Positions 23,720 through 36,991 are shown, numbered from the stretch's first letter. The stretch: 64,000 bases of DNA from Cenococcum geophilum (GCA_050273025.1 CP158635.1:10354001-10418000), one strand, 5' to 3'. Numbers and translations are program-made. Notes: generated by a model not told the origin, from the letters alone.

Positions 23720-26700
23720 TTATCTTCGAAGTTAGAATATTATCAGGCTCTTAACCTTATCTAAAAGTTCTAGTTCACTAGTAAACCAGTATAGTCTAGC
23801 TTTACCTATTACCTAAAAACCCCCTATAACTAATTATAGGATAACATAGCTGTCGCATCCGAAGACCTTATAGAGTCTGTCTCCTTTTTAACTTTAAGGG
23901 TGCACCCATCCAAGTTCTCCAGTCTAAACGGTCGCGATACGCATACTACTTAATATCGTTATAACCAGAAAGCGCAAATAATTGTCTTACCCTATATTCC
24001 GATCTGTTTTCATTAGCTAAGAAGTCTAGATACTATCCTAAAAATCCATTATCTCCCCAAAGGCAATAAATGACCGATTTACATCAATCCATTCTAACAG
24101 CACCTTAAGTACATTCAGTTTCACAGGCCTAAGAAAGAACTTCTCAAGTTCGGTCTTGTCATTGAAGCTTTAAAGCCCTATAAGATCTGGCGGAAGCTCT
24201 ACGGTTGTTACCAATAGCCTTTAAGTTTTAAGTAGAGTGTTAAATATATAGGTCAAGCGGTTAAAATCGAACGGCACTAAATATGCTCCTTTTCCCGTAG
24301 TTACAACATGCGTCATAACATCGTTCCCGTTAGCAGAAAATGCACTACCTATACTATTAATAGTTCCGAGAATAGCGCTACGGACGGTAAGCGTATTTTT
24401 AAAGAAGCTCGGCTTATCCGTTTACTTAAGAAGGAACCTTAATAAACCCCATTAAATAGGCGCCTAAATCTACTTAAACTCTTACTCTACTAAGGCATTA
24501 TTTAGATCCCTCTAGTCAACCACCTATAAAGGCAGAGAGTTATATAGCCCTTAGCGTAAAGTCCAAAGGTATATTAAGTCGAGTAGGAAACCTTTCTCAA
24601 TTAAAGCTTTTAAGAAATCTATATAGGTTTCCTCAACTAATTAGCTATAGTTTGGTTTAGGGATAAATACGTCACTATTATATATAAGTCCCAGAAGCCC
24701 ATATATCTTATCTTTTAGGTCCATTAACAACGCATAGCAACTGCGGTATAATGCCTCTAGTAATTCAACAGGCTTTATAGCAAGTCTATTAATTCGAAAC
24801 TAAAGTAAGTTCTAAAACCTCGCTTTTAACTCATCACTATTAGTCCTGTTAATACCTACCGTAAAAATAGGGCGCAAAAAATGTTCAAGAGTCTCCTATA
24901 AAAGCTTATAATAACCACAGAATATAGTAATCCTTAATACTGCGGCAAGCTCTTAGATAATCCATACTCGTGTCTAGTACGGTTTTAAGAGTAACTAGAG
25001 GAAAGCACACTAAGCCAAACCCGACTGGACTTAGTAAGCCATAGCAGTATACTTAGCAGACAGAGTTTTAATATCCTCTTTTATTATATCTTATACATCG
25101 CCTAACCAAACAGCCACTTAGTTTGCTTTTTAGAATATTGCGCCCATTCTTCTAACCTAATAACTTCTTTCTTTGTCGTCCTCCTAATTAATATAAAGAG
25201 CATCCACCTAGACACGCTCCACTCTTTCTACTCTTAATCGCCTTAGAGCTAAATAAAGGTTCGCAGTCACAGGGAATCTAAGGTCATTTACAGTGAGGCT
25301 GACTTTATTAGTCAGTTCGCCCTAGTAATATAATAGGGCCGCAAACGGCGGAGCTTTAAATAGAGATATATGGTCAAGCAAACATAATAAGGGCGATATA
25401 TTCTTATCTAACGGGTGTATAGTTAGAAGCCGGATCTATTTAGCTACTTAGTTAAGGTTCTGTCCCTATAGTTGGATAGATAGATATTAGAATTCTTCCC
25501 ACTTAGAGGACGATATAGGTTAGTAGCTGGGTGTTTAGTTCTAGGCTAGATCTATTAAAGAGCCTTAGTTAGCCAATTATCCTCTTTTACCATTACGGTT
25601 TACTTACTCACTATATCCATTAAGTAGCCTTAGTTAGCTAGTCATCCTCTTCTACCATTACGGTTTACTTACAAACTATATCCATTAAAGAGCCTTAGTT
25701 AGCTAGTTATCCTCTTCTACTATTACGGTTTGCTTACAAACTATATCTATTAAAGAGCCTTAGTTAGCCAGTTATCCTCTTCTACTATTACGGTTTACTT
25801 ACTTCCTATATCTATTAAAGAGCCTTAATTAGCCAGTTATCCTCTTCTACTATTACGGTTTACTTACAAACTATATCCATTAAGGAGCCTTAGTTAGCCA
25901 ATCATCCTCTTCTACTATTATAGTTTACTTATAGGCTATATCTATTAAGGAGCCTTAGTTAGCCAGTTATCCTCTTCTACTATTACAGTTCACTTATAAG
26001 CTATATCTATTAAGGAGCCTTAGTTAGCTAGTTATCCTCTTCTACTATTATAGTTTACTTACTTCCTATATCCATTAAGGAGCCTTAGTTAGCTAGTTAT
26101 CCTCTTCTACTATTACGGTTTACTTATAAACTATATCTATTAAGGAACCTTAGTTAGCTAGTTATCCTCTTCTACTATTATAGTTTACTTACTTCCTATA
26201 TCTATTAAGGAGCCTTAGTTAGCCAGTTATCCTCTTCTACTATTATAGTTTACTTATAGGCTATATCCATTAAGGAGCCTTAGTTAGCCAGTTATTATCT
26301 TTTACTATTATAGTTTACTTACAGGCTATATCTATAAAGGAGCCTTAGTTAGCCAGTTATCCTCTTCTACTATTACAGCTTACTTACAAGCTATATCCAT
26401 TAAGGAGCCTTAGTTAGCTAGTTATCCTCTTCTACTATTACAGTTTACTTACTTCCTATATCCATTAAAGAGCCTTAATTAGCCAGTCATCCTCTTCTAC
26501 TATTATAGTTCACTTACAAACTATATCCATTAAAGAGCCTTAGTTAGCCAGTTATCCTCTTTTACTATTACGGTTTACTTACAAACTATATCCATTAAGG
26601 AGCCTTAATTAGCCAATCATCCTCTTCTACTATTATGGTTTACTTATAGGCTATATCTATTAAGGAGCCTTAGTTAGCCAGTTATCCTCTTCTACCATTA

Positions 26701-27920
26701 CAATTCACTTATAAGCTATATCTATTAAGGAACCTTAGTTAGCTAGTTACCCTCTTTTACTATTACGGTTTACTTACTTCCTATATCCATTAAGGAGCCT
26801 TAGTTAGCTAGTTATCCACTTCTACTATTATAGTTTACTTATAGGCTATATCCATCAAGGAGCCTTAATTAGCCAGTCATTCTCTTCTACTATTATAGTT
26901 TACTTACATCCTATATCCATTAAGGAGCCTTAGTTAGCCAGTTATCCTCTTCTACCATTATAGTTTACTTACAAGCTATATCCATTAAGGAGCCTTAGTT
27001 AGCTAGTTATCCTCTTCTATTATTACAGTTTACTTACTTCCTATATCCATTAAAGAGCCTTAATTAGCCAGTTATCCTCTTCTACCATTATAGTTTACTT
27101 ATAAGCTATATCCATTAAGAAGCCTTAGTTAGCCAGTTATCCTCTTCTACTATTACGGTTTACTTACAGGCTATATTTATAAAGGAGCCTTAGTTAGCCA
27201 GTTATCCTCTTCTACTATTACAGTTTACTTACAGGCTATATCTATTAAGGAGCCTTAGTTAGCCAGTTATCCTCTTCTACTATTACAGTTTACTTATAGG
27301 CTATATCTATAAAGGAGCCTTAGTTAGCCAGTTATCCTCTTTTACTATTACGGTTTACTTACAGGCTATATCCATAAAGGAGCCTTAGTTAGCCAGTTAT
27401 TCTCTTCTACCATTATAGTTTACTTACAGGCTATATCTATTAAAGAGCCTTAGTTAGCTAGTTATCCTCTTCTATTATTACGGTTTACTTACTTCCTATA
27501 TCCATAAAAGAGCCTTAGTTAGCCAGTTATCCTCTTCTACTATTACAGTTTACTTACAGGCTATATCCATTAAGGAGCCTTAATTAGCCAGTTATCCTCT
27601 TCTACTATCACAGTTTACTTACTTCCTATATCTATTAAGGAGCCTTAGTTAGCCAGTTATCCTCTTCTACTATTACAGTTCACTTACTTCCTATATCCAT
27701 AAAGGAGCCTTAGTTAGCCAGTTATCCCCTTTTACTATTACAGTTTACTTACTTCCTATATCCATCAAGGAGCTTTAGTTAGCCACTTACTGCCTATATT
27801 TATTAAGGAGCCTTAGCAAGTTATCCTCCCCCTACGGTTTATATACCATCTAGATTATAAAATTATCCTTTTAGCTATTTAACAGTACCTCTAAGGTCCT
27901 AGCTTTCTTACCTTTAACTT
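23720..27920 (-). pseudogene. HET-6-like HET-domain gene with 5' tandem intron/microexon array, RIPed
   Basis: IRLLTIHP, FAALLYY*G, VTANLYLALRRLR, VDALYIN*EDDKERSY*VRRMGAIF*KAN*VAVWLG, PY*TRVWII*ELA and DPKDKIYGLLGL motifs at ~24690-25435. Start tentative. Confidence 0.87.
25546..27846 (-). repeat. Tandem array, period 65 bp: 62-nt GT-AG intron + 3-nt variable microexon (34 regular microexons + 1 preceding a shortened intron)
   Basis: Minus-strand unit is GTAAGTgaaccgtaatggtagaagaggatgactgGCTAACtaaggctccttgatggataTAG + NNN. Triplets lie at + positions 25608, 25673 ... 27753, and 27791. Confidence 0.85.
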
Positions 27921-28195
27921 ATATATAGCTTCCTATACGGCCGTTCCGTCTCAATAGTATATATTATTCAGTTAACCAAAATAAGCTCTTACTAGCCGTA
28001 CGGCCTTACAATCCTAGGAGGTGATTTCTACCCCACACCTTATATAACGTAAGCAACTATAATTATACTCTAGACTGCAAAGCTATATTTAAGCCACGTA
28101 TTCCGAGCTCCCTTTAGCCCCATTTAACTGCAGTATAATTAGCGACATTTTTATCTAGCTGATTTAACCCAAATTATCCGCATACTGCCTACGCT

Positions 28196-28797
28196 AGTAG
28201 GGAGGGCGACTAGCCCGCACCAGCTATACCCTTATTAAAGTCGCCTTAGCTAGCTAATAATTAGTTAATAAGTTGCACGCTGCTACCTAGCGATAACCCG
28301 AATTTCTATACAGTCATTTGCGATTAAACTAGCTTCGTTATTATCTTACTAGCGCTAGCAGGGAGGGCGCCGACCTACTCAGGCTACCCTTTTTATTAAG
28401 GGTTTACTTCCTAGGATTAAAGAATAGAGGAAATAGGAACTGTGGTTAGTGTTAAAATAAACGGTCTTAAGTATAGTATTATAGCAGTAATGCACTACCT
28501 CCGCTGCTCGGCGTTTGGCTTGGCGCAGTTACTAAGTTAACTAAACCGTGCCAAAACCCCTAACCTATATCCTCGTTAACGGATACACATCAAACAGGCG
28601 CTCCCATAGGCGGGTCTTCCATAGGGATTAGCACTAACCCTATAACCAGGGCTTTTCAACCCTAGGGCTCTTAATCACACCTATACTTTTAAATTTAGCG
28701 CCATTAACGTATTTTAAACCAACCCTTTTATTTATAGTCATTAGAGCAGAGTTCTTCCAGGCTTCGCGAAGCCACCTCTAGGGGCGATCTCTTATAC
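28196..28797 (+). repeat. Module 3 right end: core site, 123-bp mini-spacer, second core site, arm B
   Basis: Core sites at 28196-28233 and 28357-28392; spacer homologous to 22320-22443; ends ggcttcgcgaagccacctctaggggcgatctcttatac. Confidence 0.88.
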
Positions 28798-28809
28798 GGG
28801 AATATAAGC

Positions 28810-29110
28810 TATAGGGGATTGGTTCCCATAGGGCGGTAAAACACGTAGGCATTGGCACCCATAGGGGATTCGTTAGCGTAGGGGATTTATTAGCGCAGGG
28901 GATTTGTTAGAGTAGGGGACTAGATCCTATAGGGGATTTATTAGCATAGGGGATTCGTTAGAGTAGGGGACTAGATCCTATAGGGGATTTATTAAAGTAG
29001 GGGACTAGTTCCCATAGGGCGGCGAAATACGTAGGCATTGGCTCCTATAGGGGATTTATTTAAATAGGGGATTGGTTAAAGTAGGGGATTGGTTAGAGTA
29101 GGGGATTAAT
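28810..29110. repeat. Irregular ~16-20-bp tandem repeat (taggggatt...)
   Basis: Many copies of taggggatt(t/g/c)(a/g)ttag; the block cccatagggcgg..aaa.acgtaggcattggc occurs twice. Confidence 0.75.
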
Positions 29111-30019
29111 TCTTTTACGGCCTCTACTTAGGTAGTATAAGGCGGCTTCTAATAGGCTAGAGAGTGGATTACGTATTTTATGGAAATATAAAGCCTATAC
29201 GGGATAGTGGGGTATAGGGACCTGGCGGAAGATTGGGTTATCCGCTTTCCTAGGTTTATTTAGCCTAGGCGACTCGCCCTACGCTGTTTTATATGCGTTT
29301 CGACCTAAGGTGGCCTTAGCCGCCCAAATCTCCGCAAAACTTCACTTGTGCAGTGAAAGAGTAATAAAATATTATTCTATCTACTCTATAAGCACCTTTA
29401 GATCCTTCCTTGCTTTTTAAAGCACCTCCTTTATTTAAGAAGGAAGTTTTTTATCCTTTCCCTTTCGCCTCCCACCGCCTGGAAATACTACCTTCCGCAA
29501 TCTATTGACCCGCTTCGGCCCGGCGGTGCTACTACTTCGGCCCTTTTAGACATAGTATTGAAACTCGGCCAAGAATTAGTTCATTAACTAGTATAATCCG
29601 GCGTAGCGGCGTTGCTGCTTAAAGCTTTATAAACTAAGGCGCTAGCCGGTGGTCTAGAGACATAAAGGGAGGAATGCTAAATATGGAATTAGGAGCCCCT
29701 GGCTGTAGTATCTCTTTATCTTTTCTTAAAATACCTTTATATCCTATGTAGTCGGACTAGCGGCTAGTAATAACGCCCTCTATATTACTCCCTCTTATTT
29801 TCCTGTTAATGTCGCTTACCTTGCCTTCTGAAAGTAAGCCATTTACATATTAACTAGAAGGTAGAAACTCATTATTATAGTTACTTTATTACTAATTTAG
29901 ACAAGATATTAAAGTAGGCTTAGGCTCTCCTTAAGATTTCGACTTATTTTCTATTTATAGAAAGCTAAAACTACTTACCTTACGGGCCGACTAAACTTCT
30001 AAGTTGGGGTAGAACTTCT

Positions 30020-31387
30020 ATAATAATAGTAAACCTAAGAGTTCGCTACTCCTATCCAACTATAAATTACATTCCCTTAGAACTCTATATAGAAATATTT
30101 AGAGGCGTCTTTAAGAGCAATCTTAAATCCATCTAGTTGGTATTAAAGAAGCTTAATACACTATCCTCTCCGCTCCTATTTACTAGAGTATATACCTCTC
30201 TCCACTTTAAGGACCTTAAAGTACTTTCTACGATATCTAGGCATCTAATACTAAGCCTCTTCGCCTAGGAAATTGTTTATTCTAATATCTTCTTTTACCT
30301 ATCTAAAATTAGAGCAAGCAGAAATATATCTAAAAAGGTGCCACTTTCGTAGCATAATTTGGAATGGGGTTGAGAGTACTATTGTTATCGTGTTAAAGAA
30401 AGCGAAATGACCCTACGGGATAGAGAAGATATCGTAATTATATTTACTGCTCTTTCCAGAATGCTAAACATCCGAATAGTTACGCTTATAAATTACTGGC
30501 GTCCTATAAGAGATCTTTTAGGCAAGTATTTGTGGTCCGAACAGTTTCTTAGGCGAGTAGACCTTCTAAAAGGCGCCCAGTTTGGCGGACCACTATCTTA
30601 AGTTTATTCCTTGTACGCGAAGGTGCCTTACGGACTTCCCCTATATATAGGGGATCCTAAGACTGGTGATATAAACATAGATTATAGCTTTAGGGTTATA
30701 AGCCGGGCACTTTTAATTGCAAACGCGCGTGTCCGAATGCTCTCTATTGATTATTTCAACGATCTATTACATAGCCTTCGCAGCCGGTTAACGGGCGGGA
30801 TCTCGCCCGGTTCATTCCACATATTACTATACAATTTTATCCATTCCTATAATGCTTTCTAATATCTTTATAAAGTAGCTTTTAGCCTCTAGATGGAGAA
30901 TATAGATAATAAATAGGATATTCTTATGCAAGGGAATATAGCAAAATTAGTTGCTGCGGCAGAAGAGCTAGAAGAATTAACTTTCGATTTTAATCGCAAA
31001 GTAGATAATATACCTCTAGAGAAATGCCTAGGTAGTCTTACTTGGCCTCGTTTACGATCTATACAACTCTTTTAGAAAGAAATGTATTAAGAGGAACTTA
31101 CGGGACTACTTAAGCGGTATTATAAGACACTTAAGGTTCTATACCTTAGTTCTATTAATCTTAAAAGTAGAACCTAGTTAGACACAGCAGAAGAAATATA
31201 TAGTTGTTTATCTCTAAAGTCTATTTCCCTCTATAAGTTAGGTAAGCGCGTAAACTCTTAAAACATTAAAATAGCTATAACCAAATATCTTAAGGATTAT
31301 ATTGTCTATAGTATATCGGATACCATCTATAAACCTAATTACTATCCTAGAATACCGATTCACTTCACTACTGCTTCTATTATATGA
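30020..31387 (+). pseudogene. F-box-like protein gene, RIPed
   Basis: N-terminal IPLELYIEIFRGVFKSNLKSI*LVLKKLNTLSSPLLFTRV matches the F-box pattern (LP.E...IF..l...dLk..rLV.k.l). ORFs 30407 and 30611 are internal fragments. Confidence 0.7.
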
Positions 31388-31799
31388 CTTTTCGTTAATA
31401 GATTAGAATTTGGGTTTATAAAGTAATCTAGCTTTGCCCATTATAGGTATAGATAAATTATAGTAGTAGAGCGTATCCTTTATAAAGAGAATAATCTCTT
31501 ATAATAAAAACATTGGAAATCCGTGGACTAAGTTTCCTACACTTATACCAGCCTTAGGTATTACGTGTTATACTACTCTCCACATTTATTAACCTAAGAG
31601 TCTAATGATTTGTGATAAGTTCTTAAGAGAATCTCTCATTACCTATAGTACAAAAATTCAACTTTAAGCTTTACGTAACTCTGCGGACATAGATAGCTCC
31701 CCTACCCTTTTAGCTTAGAGCAGTCTTAAAAATTATAAGTTTTTATATTTGCATATAGATAACCAGAACTAGGCTGTCCAGTAGGTTTAATATAGAAGT

Positions 31800-34265
31800 T
31801 AATTAACAATAGCAATCATTAGGCGCTCGCCCTTATTTATTTCTACCATTTCTAAGAAACTAGAGATCCCATTATCCCTCTAATGCTTTTAGGTTATCCT
31901 ATACTGCCCAGAGTATCTTCTTCATATTAAAGTACAGCCTTAAATTTAGATCCCTCCATCTCCCACCATTAGGGAACACCTTCCTCCATAATTTATTAAC
32001 GTAAGGGATTAATTATTAGTAATATAGCGTAAAGTTTACCTCTACGGTCTTAAGAAAATCTCTTTTATTATCTATAATACTTTTTTTAGAACCGGCCAGC
32101 TTTCTATCGCTCTTATAGTTCTAACACTTAAACTTAGTTAGCCTAATGTCTTTACTCGGGCCATTATAGTGAATGTAGATCTAGAATAGTACCCAGAAGA
32201 ATAACTCAAGATCGTGTATAAAAGAATGCTTTTTATTATCTAGAAGTACCCTAATTGCTATAAACGCTTATATGCTAGTCTTCCCCCGCGCTCCTAAAGG
32301 TCCTTCCCGCTACTTTTTAATTGCAAGATTAAAGTCAATTAAGAATGCCGGCTAAGAAGGATTATCATCTTCCTTATTCATTATTAGGTTGCCTGTTAAA
32401 ACGTTATATTAGATAATGCCGGCCCGCATATATAAAGACTCATATCCTTTAATATAACCCTCTAGTATAGTAAGTATTACAGCCCAAGAGCTTACCTTAT
32501 AAAGAGGCTTTCTATAGTCCCTAGTAATAACGCGTTAATATACGCGATTTTATATAATAGGGCGCTTAATCGGAGAGCTCAAATATATACGCTTGCTAGG
32601 CGGTAATAGGACATTAGTATAGCTAGAAGATCTCTTTCTGCTAATACTTCGGCCCTTTCTTATACTAATTTTCACTCTAGCCGGTCTTAGAGGCATTATT
32701 AAGTCTTCTAGCTTGTAGTTTATCGCTCTTATAATATCTAGCCCCTTACGGACGTTATTGTAAATGTTATCTTCTTTACCGCCTATATAAACTATCTCGT
32801 GGTAATAGTACCTGGCCATATTAACTACTTCTTTCTCCGTTACCTTACACAGTAGTTTACCTTCTTCCTCACGCTATAGGTACTGCCACGAGTCTTTAAT
32901 AACAAGGGGTATCTTAGAGGTATCCCCCTTACGGTATACTTTCTAGTAAGTAGTCGCTCGACCAGCAATATAGCGTGCCCGCTTTATAGGTTTATTAAGG
33001 ATAAGACACTTAGTCTGATTATTGCGCATAACCTCAATATATCGCTTACCGTCCGATGTTATTATGGTAGGGTTAAACCCAAGTTGCTCCTTATTTATCT
33101 AGAGAAATCCTAACATTACTAAGGTAAATTATAGTCCGTCTTTATTAATATTGAATAGTAATAATACGATGCCTCCTACCTAGTTATACTCCTATAGCCG
33201 CATAATAGATCTATAAAGGGTAAAGTTTAGGATAAAGCGACGAGTGTCCTAAGCGGCGAAGACTTCTCTTACGTATTTCCCTAAATCGAACCTTGCCTTT
33301 AAGGCTATATTAGTGTTTAGATTACTCTTTAGCTCTCCTAGCATAAGTATATACAATTAATAGCATTAGGAGCTTTCGCCAGCTATTAAATCGTCCATAA
33401 AGCCAATATCCAGCTTTTAGTCGGCCGTAGATCCTTATAAGGGCTACTGAGTATACTCTACTAGTCTTTATTATGCTTTTAGAATGAACCTATGCTCCTT
33501 TACAAAGTCTAGAAATAATATAATTAGCTTATTGAACCACTTTAGGACTCCACGTTCTTTTACGCCTTTAGGCCAGTTACGCTAACCGCCCTTCTCGGTG
33601 TATAGTAGATTATCCCCTTTTTTGCATTTCTTAAAAATAGTGGCGCTTACCGCCTTAAGACCTTCTACTTCTCTAAAGAATGCTTTATATAAGCTAGGAA
33701 TCCTAACGTAAAGGGGGCCTAGCTCCTCCTTTAAAATATAATCCACGTATTTCCTGTATTTAGACAAGTTAGTAAAGCTGCTTATATTGCGTAGATGCGG
33801 GGTTTAAACGTGGAGTGGCAGCGGTCAGGGGGGGGTATAGACTCTATTATAACGGCATAGACCTTTTCCCAAATAACCTCGTTAGGTTAAATCCGAAAGA
33901 TCGCATTTAGAAAAGGCAGGAACTGTTCAATATCGAAGTTATTAAAGATAACTGCTGAATTAAGTCTTAACAGATCACTAAGGAGGATTTTATTGCCGCT
34001 GTTAGATGGTAATAAACGAGAAGCGAGAAGGCTCTGCAGAACTAGTATTAGATTAAGCAAAATATCCTTTAGTTCTGCAAGTGTTAGATGGAAACTTATA
34101 ACAGGTACATTAGTAATTACCTTCGTCACCTATCTAGTATAACGACTTTAAAGAGCTAGAGATATCTAGATCCTAATAAGCCAAGTTAAATAAATTGCGA
34201 AAGTTATTTAGTCCTTCTCCGATAGGTTTCGTTTTAATTATCTCTAATTAGAAGAGATTCGCTAT
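31800..34265 (-). pseudogene. Fungal-specific FunK1-type kinase gene, RIPed
   Basis: FVLNFTLYRSIMRL*EYN*VG, VIKDSWQY, AGII*YNVLTGNLIMN...FLIDFNLA, GARGKTS..FIAIRVL and HSFIHDLELFFWVLF*I motifs. ORFs 32550, 33582 and 33887 are fragments. Confidence 0.88.
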
Positions 34266-35899
34266 TGCGGGTGAACGCGCCAAGAGCTACGTTGGGAGGG
34301 CCGACGTAGCAGGCGGGTAGGCAAATGAGGAGAGGAGATAGCAAAGAAGTAAATAAGTGCAGGGAGGTCGAGGACACGTCGGTGGTGTCTTGAAATAAGG
34401 ATATGATGAGGAAGAAAAGTGTGAGGAAGGAAGCAAGGTGCGAGCGGAACGCGAGGATTGAAGATTGGGCGCGGAAAAGTCAAGCCGATCCGACGTGGCT
34501 CAGACTGAGGCTTAGCGGGGCTTAGTTAAACGCTGAGCCACGATAACCCAAAGTGCGGGACACCGTTTGTAGTCTCTGGTCGTATAGGCTAAAAATGCAG
34601 TACGTATATGGGATTCTAGTATTATTAGAAAGCTATAGGCAGCATTTATTAGTCTATAACTAATCGCAAATTATCGGCTTTAATTTGTTCCGCGACGCGT
34701 AAGGCTTAAATAGAACGAGGCTCCAATACAGCGATGCGCTAGGCAAGGTACAGCTGACGACAGCGGGTTAATTATTGGGTTGGTCGTGCAAGCGCCCACG
34801 ATTAATTATATAGCTAGTTCTAAAACAAGCTAAACCTAATATTCCAAATACAGATATAGCCAACCCCATTTTACAACACTTAATCGACCTATTTCCTATA
34901 ACTGGGATCTAGTTCTTAGAACCGGAACCTTTTTCAGGATAGCGCCCTTTTTATAACAGTTAATTGGCCTACTTCGTAAACCCGAATTAGGATCTTAGTT
35001 TTAGAATCAGATTCTGTTCCTAAAATCGTAACTTAAGCCAGAACTGAAAATAGCTCCTCTCTTCCAAGAGCATTAAACCGCTTGGCTTAACGCTATACCT
35101 TTTTAATCACGTTTGGTACGTTTAGCTTAAAATTAGGATATGGTCTTTAGAATTAGGATACAGTCTTTAGAATCGGATCCAGTTCTTAAAATAAGATTCT
35201 ATTTTCGGAGTTATAACTTAGGCCAATATTAAAACAGATATCCTATATTTATTCTCAACATTCCCACCTCATTAATATAAAATTTAGAGTTAACCCACAC
35301 CCTAGTTACCCACAAAAACGCTAGAGAGCTTTATCTTAGGTACCTTAGCCGCTTTTCTAAGGAATTTATAGCGTTGCATAGCCCACTCTCTTACCACAGC
35401 CCCACTTATATAAACTCCTAAGCTAATTACTAGCGTGCACTAACTCCTGCAGACTCCTAAGCCAATAGAACGTCGCGCTACCCCCTAGACCCCTACACCC
35501 CCCCAAATTCCTCTACAAAGCGTCTAAGAGATTATAGGCGCGTATTTGCTGTAAGCTAGGCCAGATTTCCAATATATATTAACTTTAAGCAACTATAACA
35601 AGGTCAATATAGCAGCTACAACTACAGTTCGCGATACAATTAAATTGCAACCTCCTCTATTAGTATATTTTAATTAATATAGCTAGCTAACCACTATATT
35701 AAGGGTCGAAGTATAGCCTTAAAGTTCAAAAATGCGTTTTTTAAAGCCAGGCCGACCCAACCAGCCTCATCGATACAGCGACCATACTCCATCACTACAC
35801 CTCTATTCACCCTAAAACTTTATAAGGTACCTCTTATACCCTATTACAAACAGCTTACCTAATTATACTATACCTATACTAGTAGGTATGGATTTGCTT

Positions 35900-36830
35900 T
35901 GCAGTAGGGGGGAAGCTTTAGGTAGAGGCTCGTGCAGAGCTTTCGTAGAGCTTTAGTAGAGCTTTATATAGAGCTTTATATAAAGCTTTATATAGAGCTT
36001 TATATAGAGTTTTGTGTAGAGCTTTGTATAGAGCTTTATATAAAGCTTTATACAGAGCTTCGTGCAAAGCTTTATATAGAGCTTTGTGTAAAGCTTCGTA
36101 TAGAGCTTTATATAGAGCTTTATATAGAGCCTTATACAGAGCTATATATAGGCGTATAGACGTATAGATTGCAGATATGCGGACGTGTAGACATTTATAT
36201 AGGCGTTCGTGTGGGTAACTAATTAATTAATTAATTGTATGGACGTTTATAAAGCCGTTCATACAGGCGTTTAGTTAGTTAATTATATAGACGTTTATAG
36301 AGCCATTTATATAGACGATTATAGAGACTTCCTAGTATATTAGTGCTGCGTATTAGGAGAGTTTTAGAGCTCCGTATTAAGCTTTGAGTAGAGCTTTTAG
36401 TAGAGCTTTAAGTAGAGCTTTAAGCAGAGCCTTAAGTAGAGCTTTTAAGCAGAGCTTTTAAGCAAAGCTCCGTGCAGAGCCTTAAGTAGAGCTTTAAGTA
36501 GAGCGTCGTGTAGAGCTTTAAGTAAAGCGTTATATAGAGCTTCGAGCAGAGCTTTAATAGAGCTTTAAGTAGAGCGTTGTATAGAGCTTTAAGTAGAGCT
36601 TTAAGCAGAGCTTTAAATAGAGCTTCAAGCGGAGTAAAGCTTTAAGTAGAGAGCTTCCCTATATAGACCTTGTATTTAGGCTTGTTTTTAAAGGCCTTAT
36701 AAACGGCTTTATATAGAGCTTTATAGAGCTTTATATAGGCGTTTGTGTAGGCGTTCGTGTAGGCGTTTATATAGGTTTATAGGGACGTTTATAGGGACGT
36801 TTATAGGGGTATTAGGGGCACGGCTAGGCT
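35900..36830. repeat. Low-complexity 11-12-bp tandem repeats (agagctttatat / agagctttaagt)
   Basis: Visible tandem periodicity; may be a degraded repetitive minus-strand ORF beginning MEPSRAP at ~36834. Confidence 0.75.
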
Positions 36831-36991
36831 CCATTACGAATGCAATATATAGAGTAGGAGATAAGCTTTTAAATGGAGGTATTGGCGAGCTGAGAAGCGC
36901 TATATTAGGGGTCGAAGTACGACGTCAAAGGCGATACAACTGTCGTCCACTAGTGAGGCTGTACAGCCCTTATAAAACGCGCCCATAATCT

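Noticed and set aside
25546..27846. CRISPR array or protein-coding tandem repeat
   Set aside because: The period of 65 is not a multiple of 3, there are no unique spacers, and splice signals lie on the minus strand.
35932..36159. IELY-repeat ORF
   Set aside because: By-product of a RIPed 12-bp tandem repeat with a GTG start.
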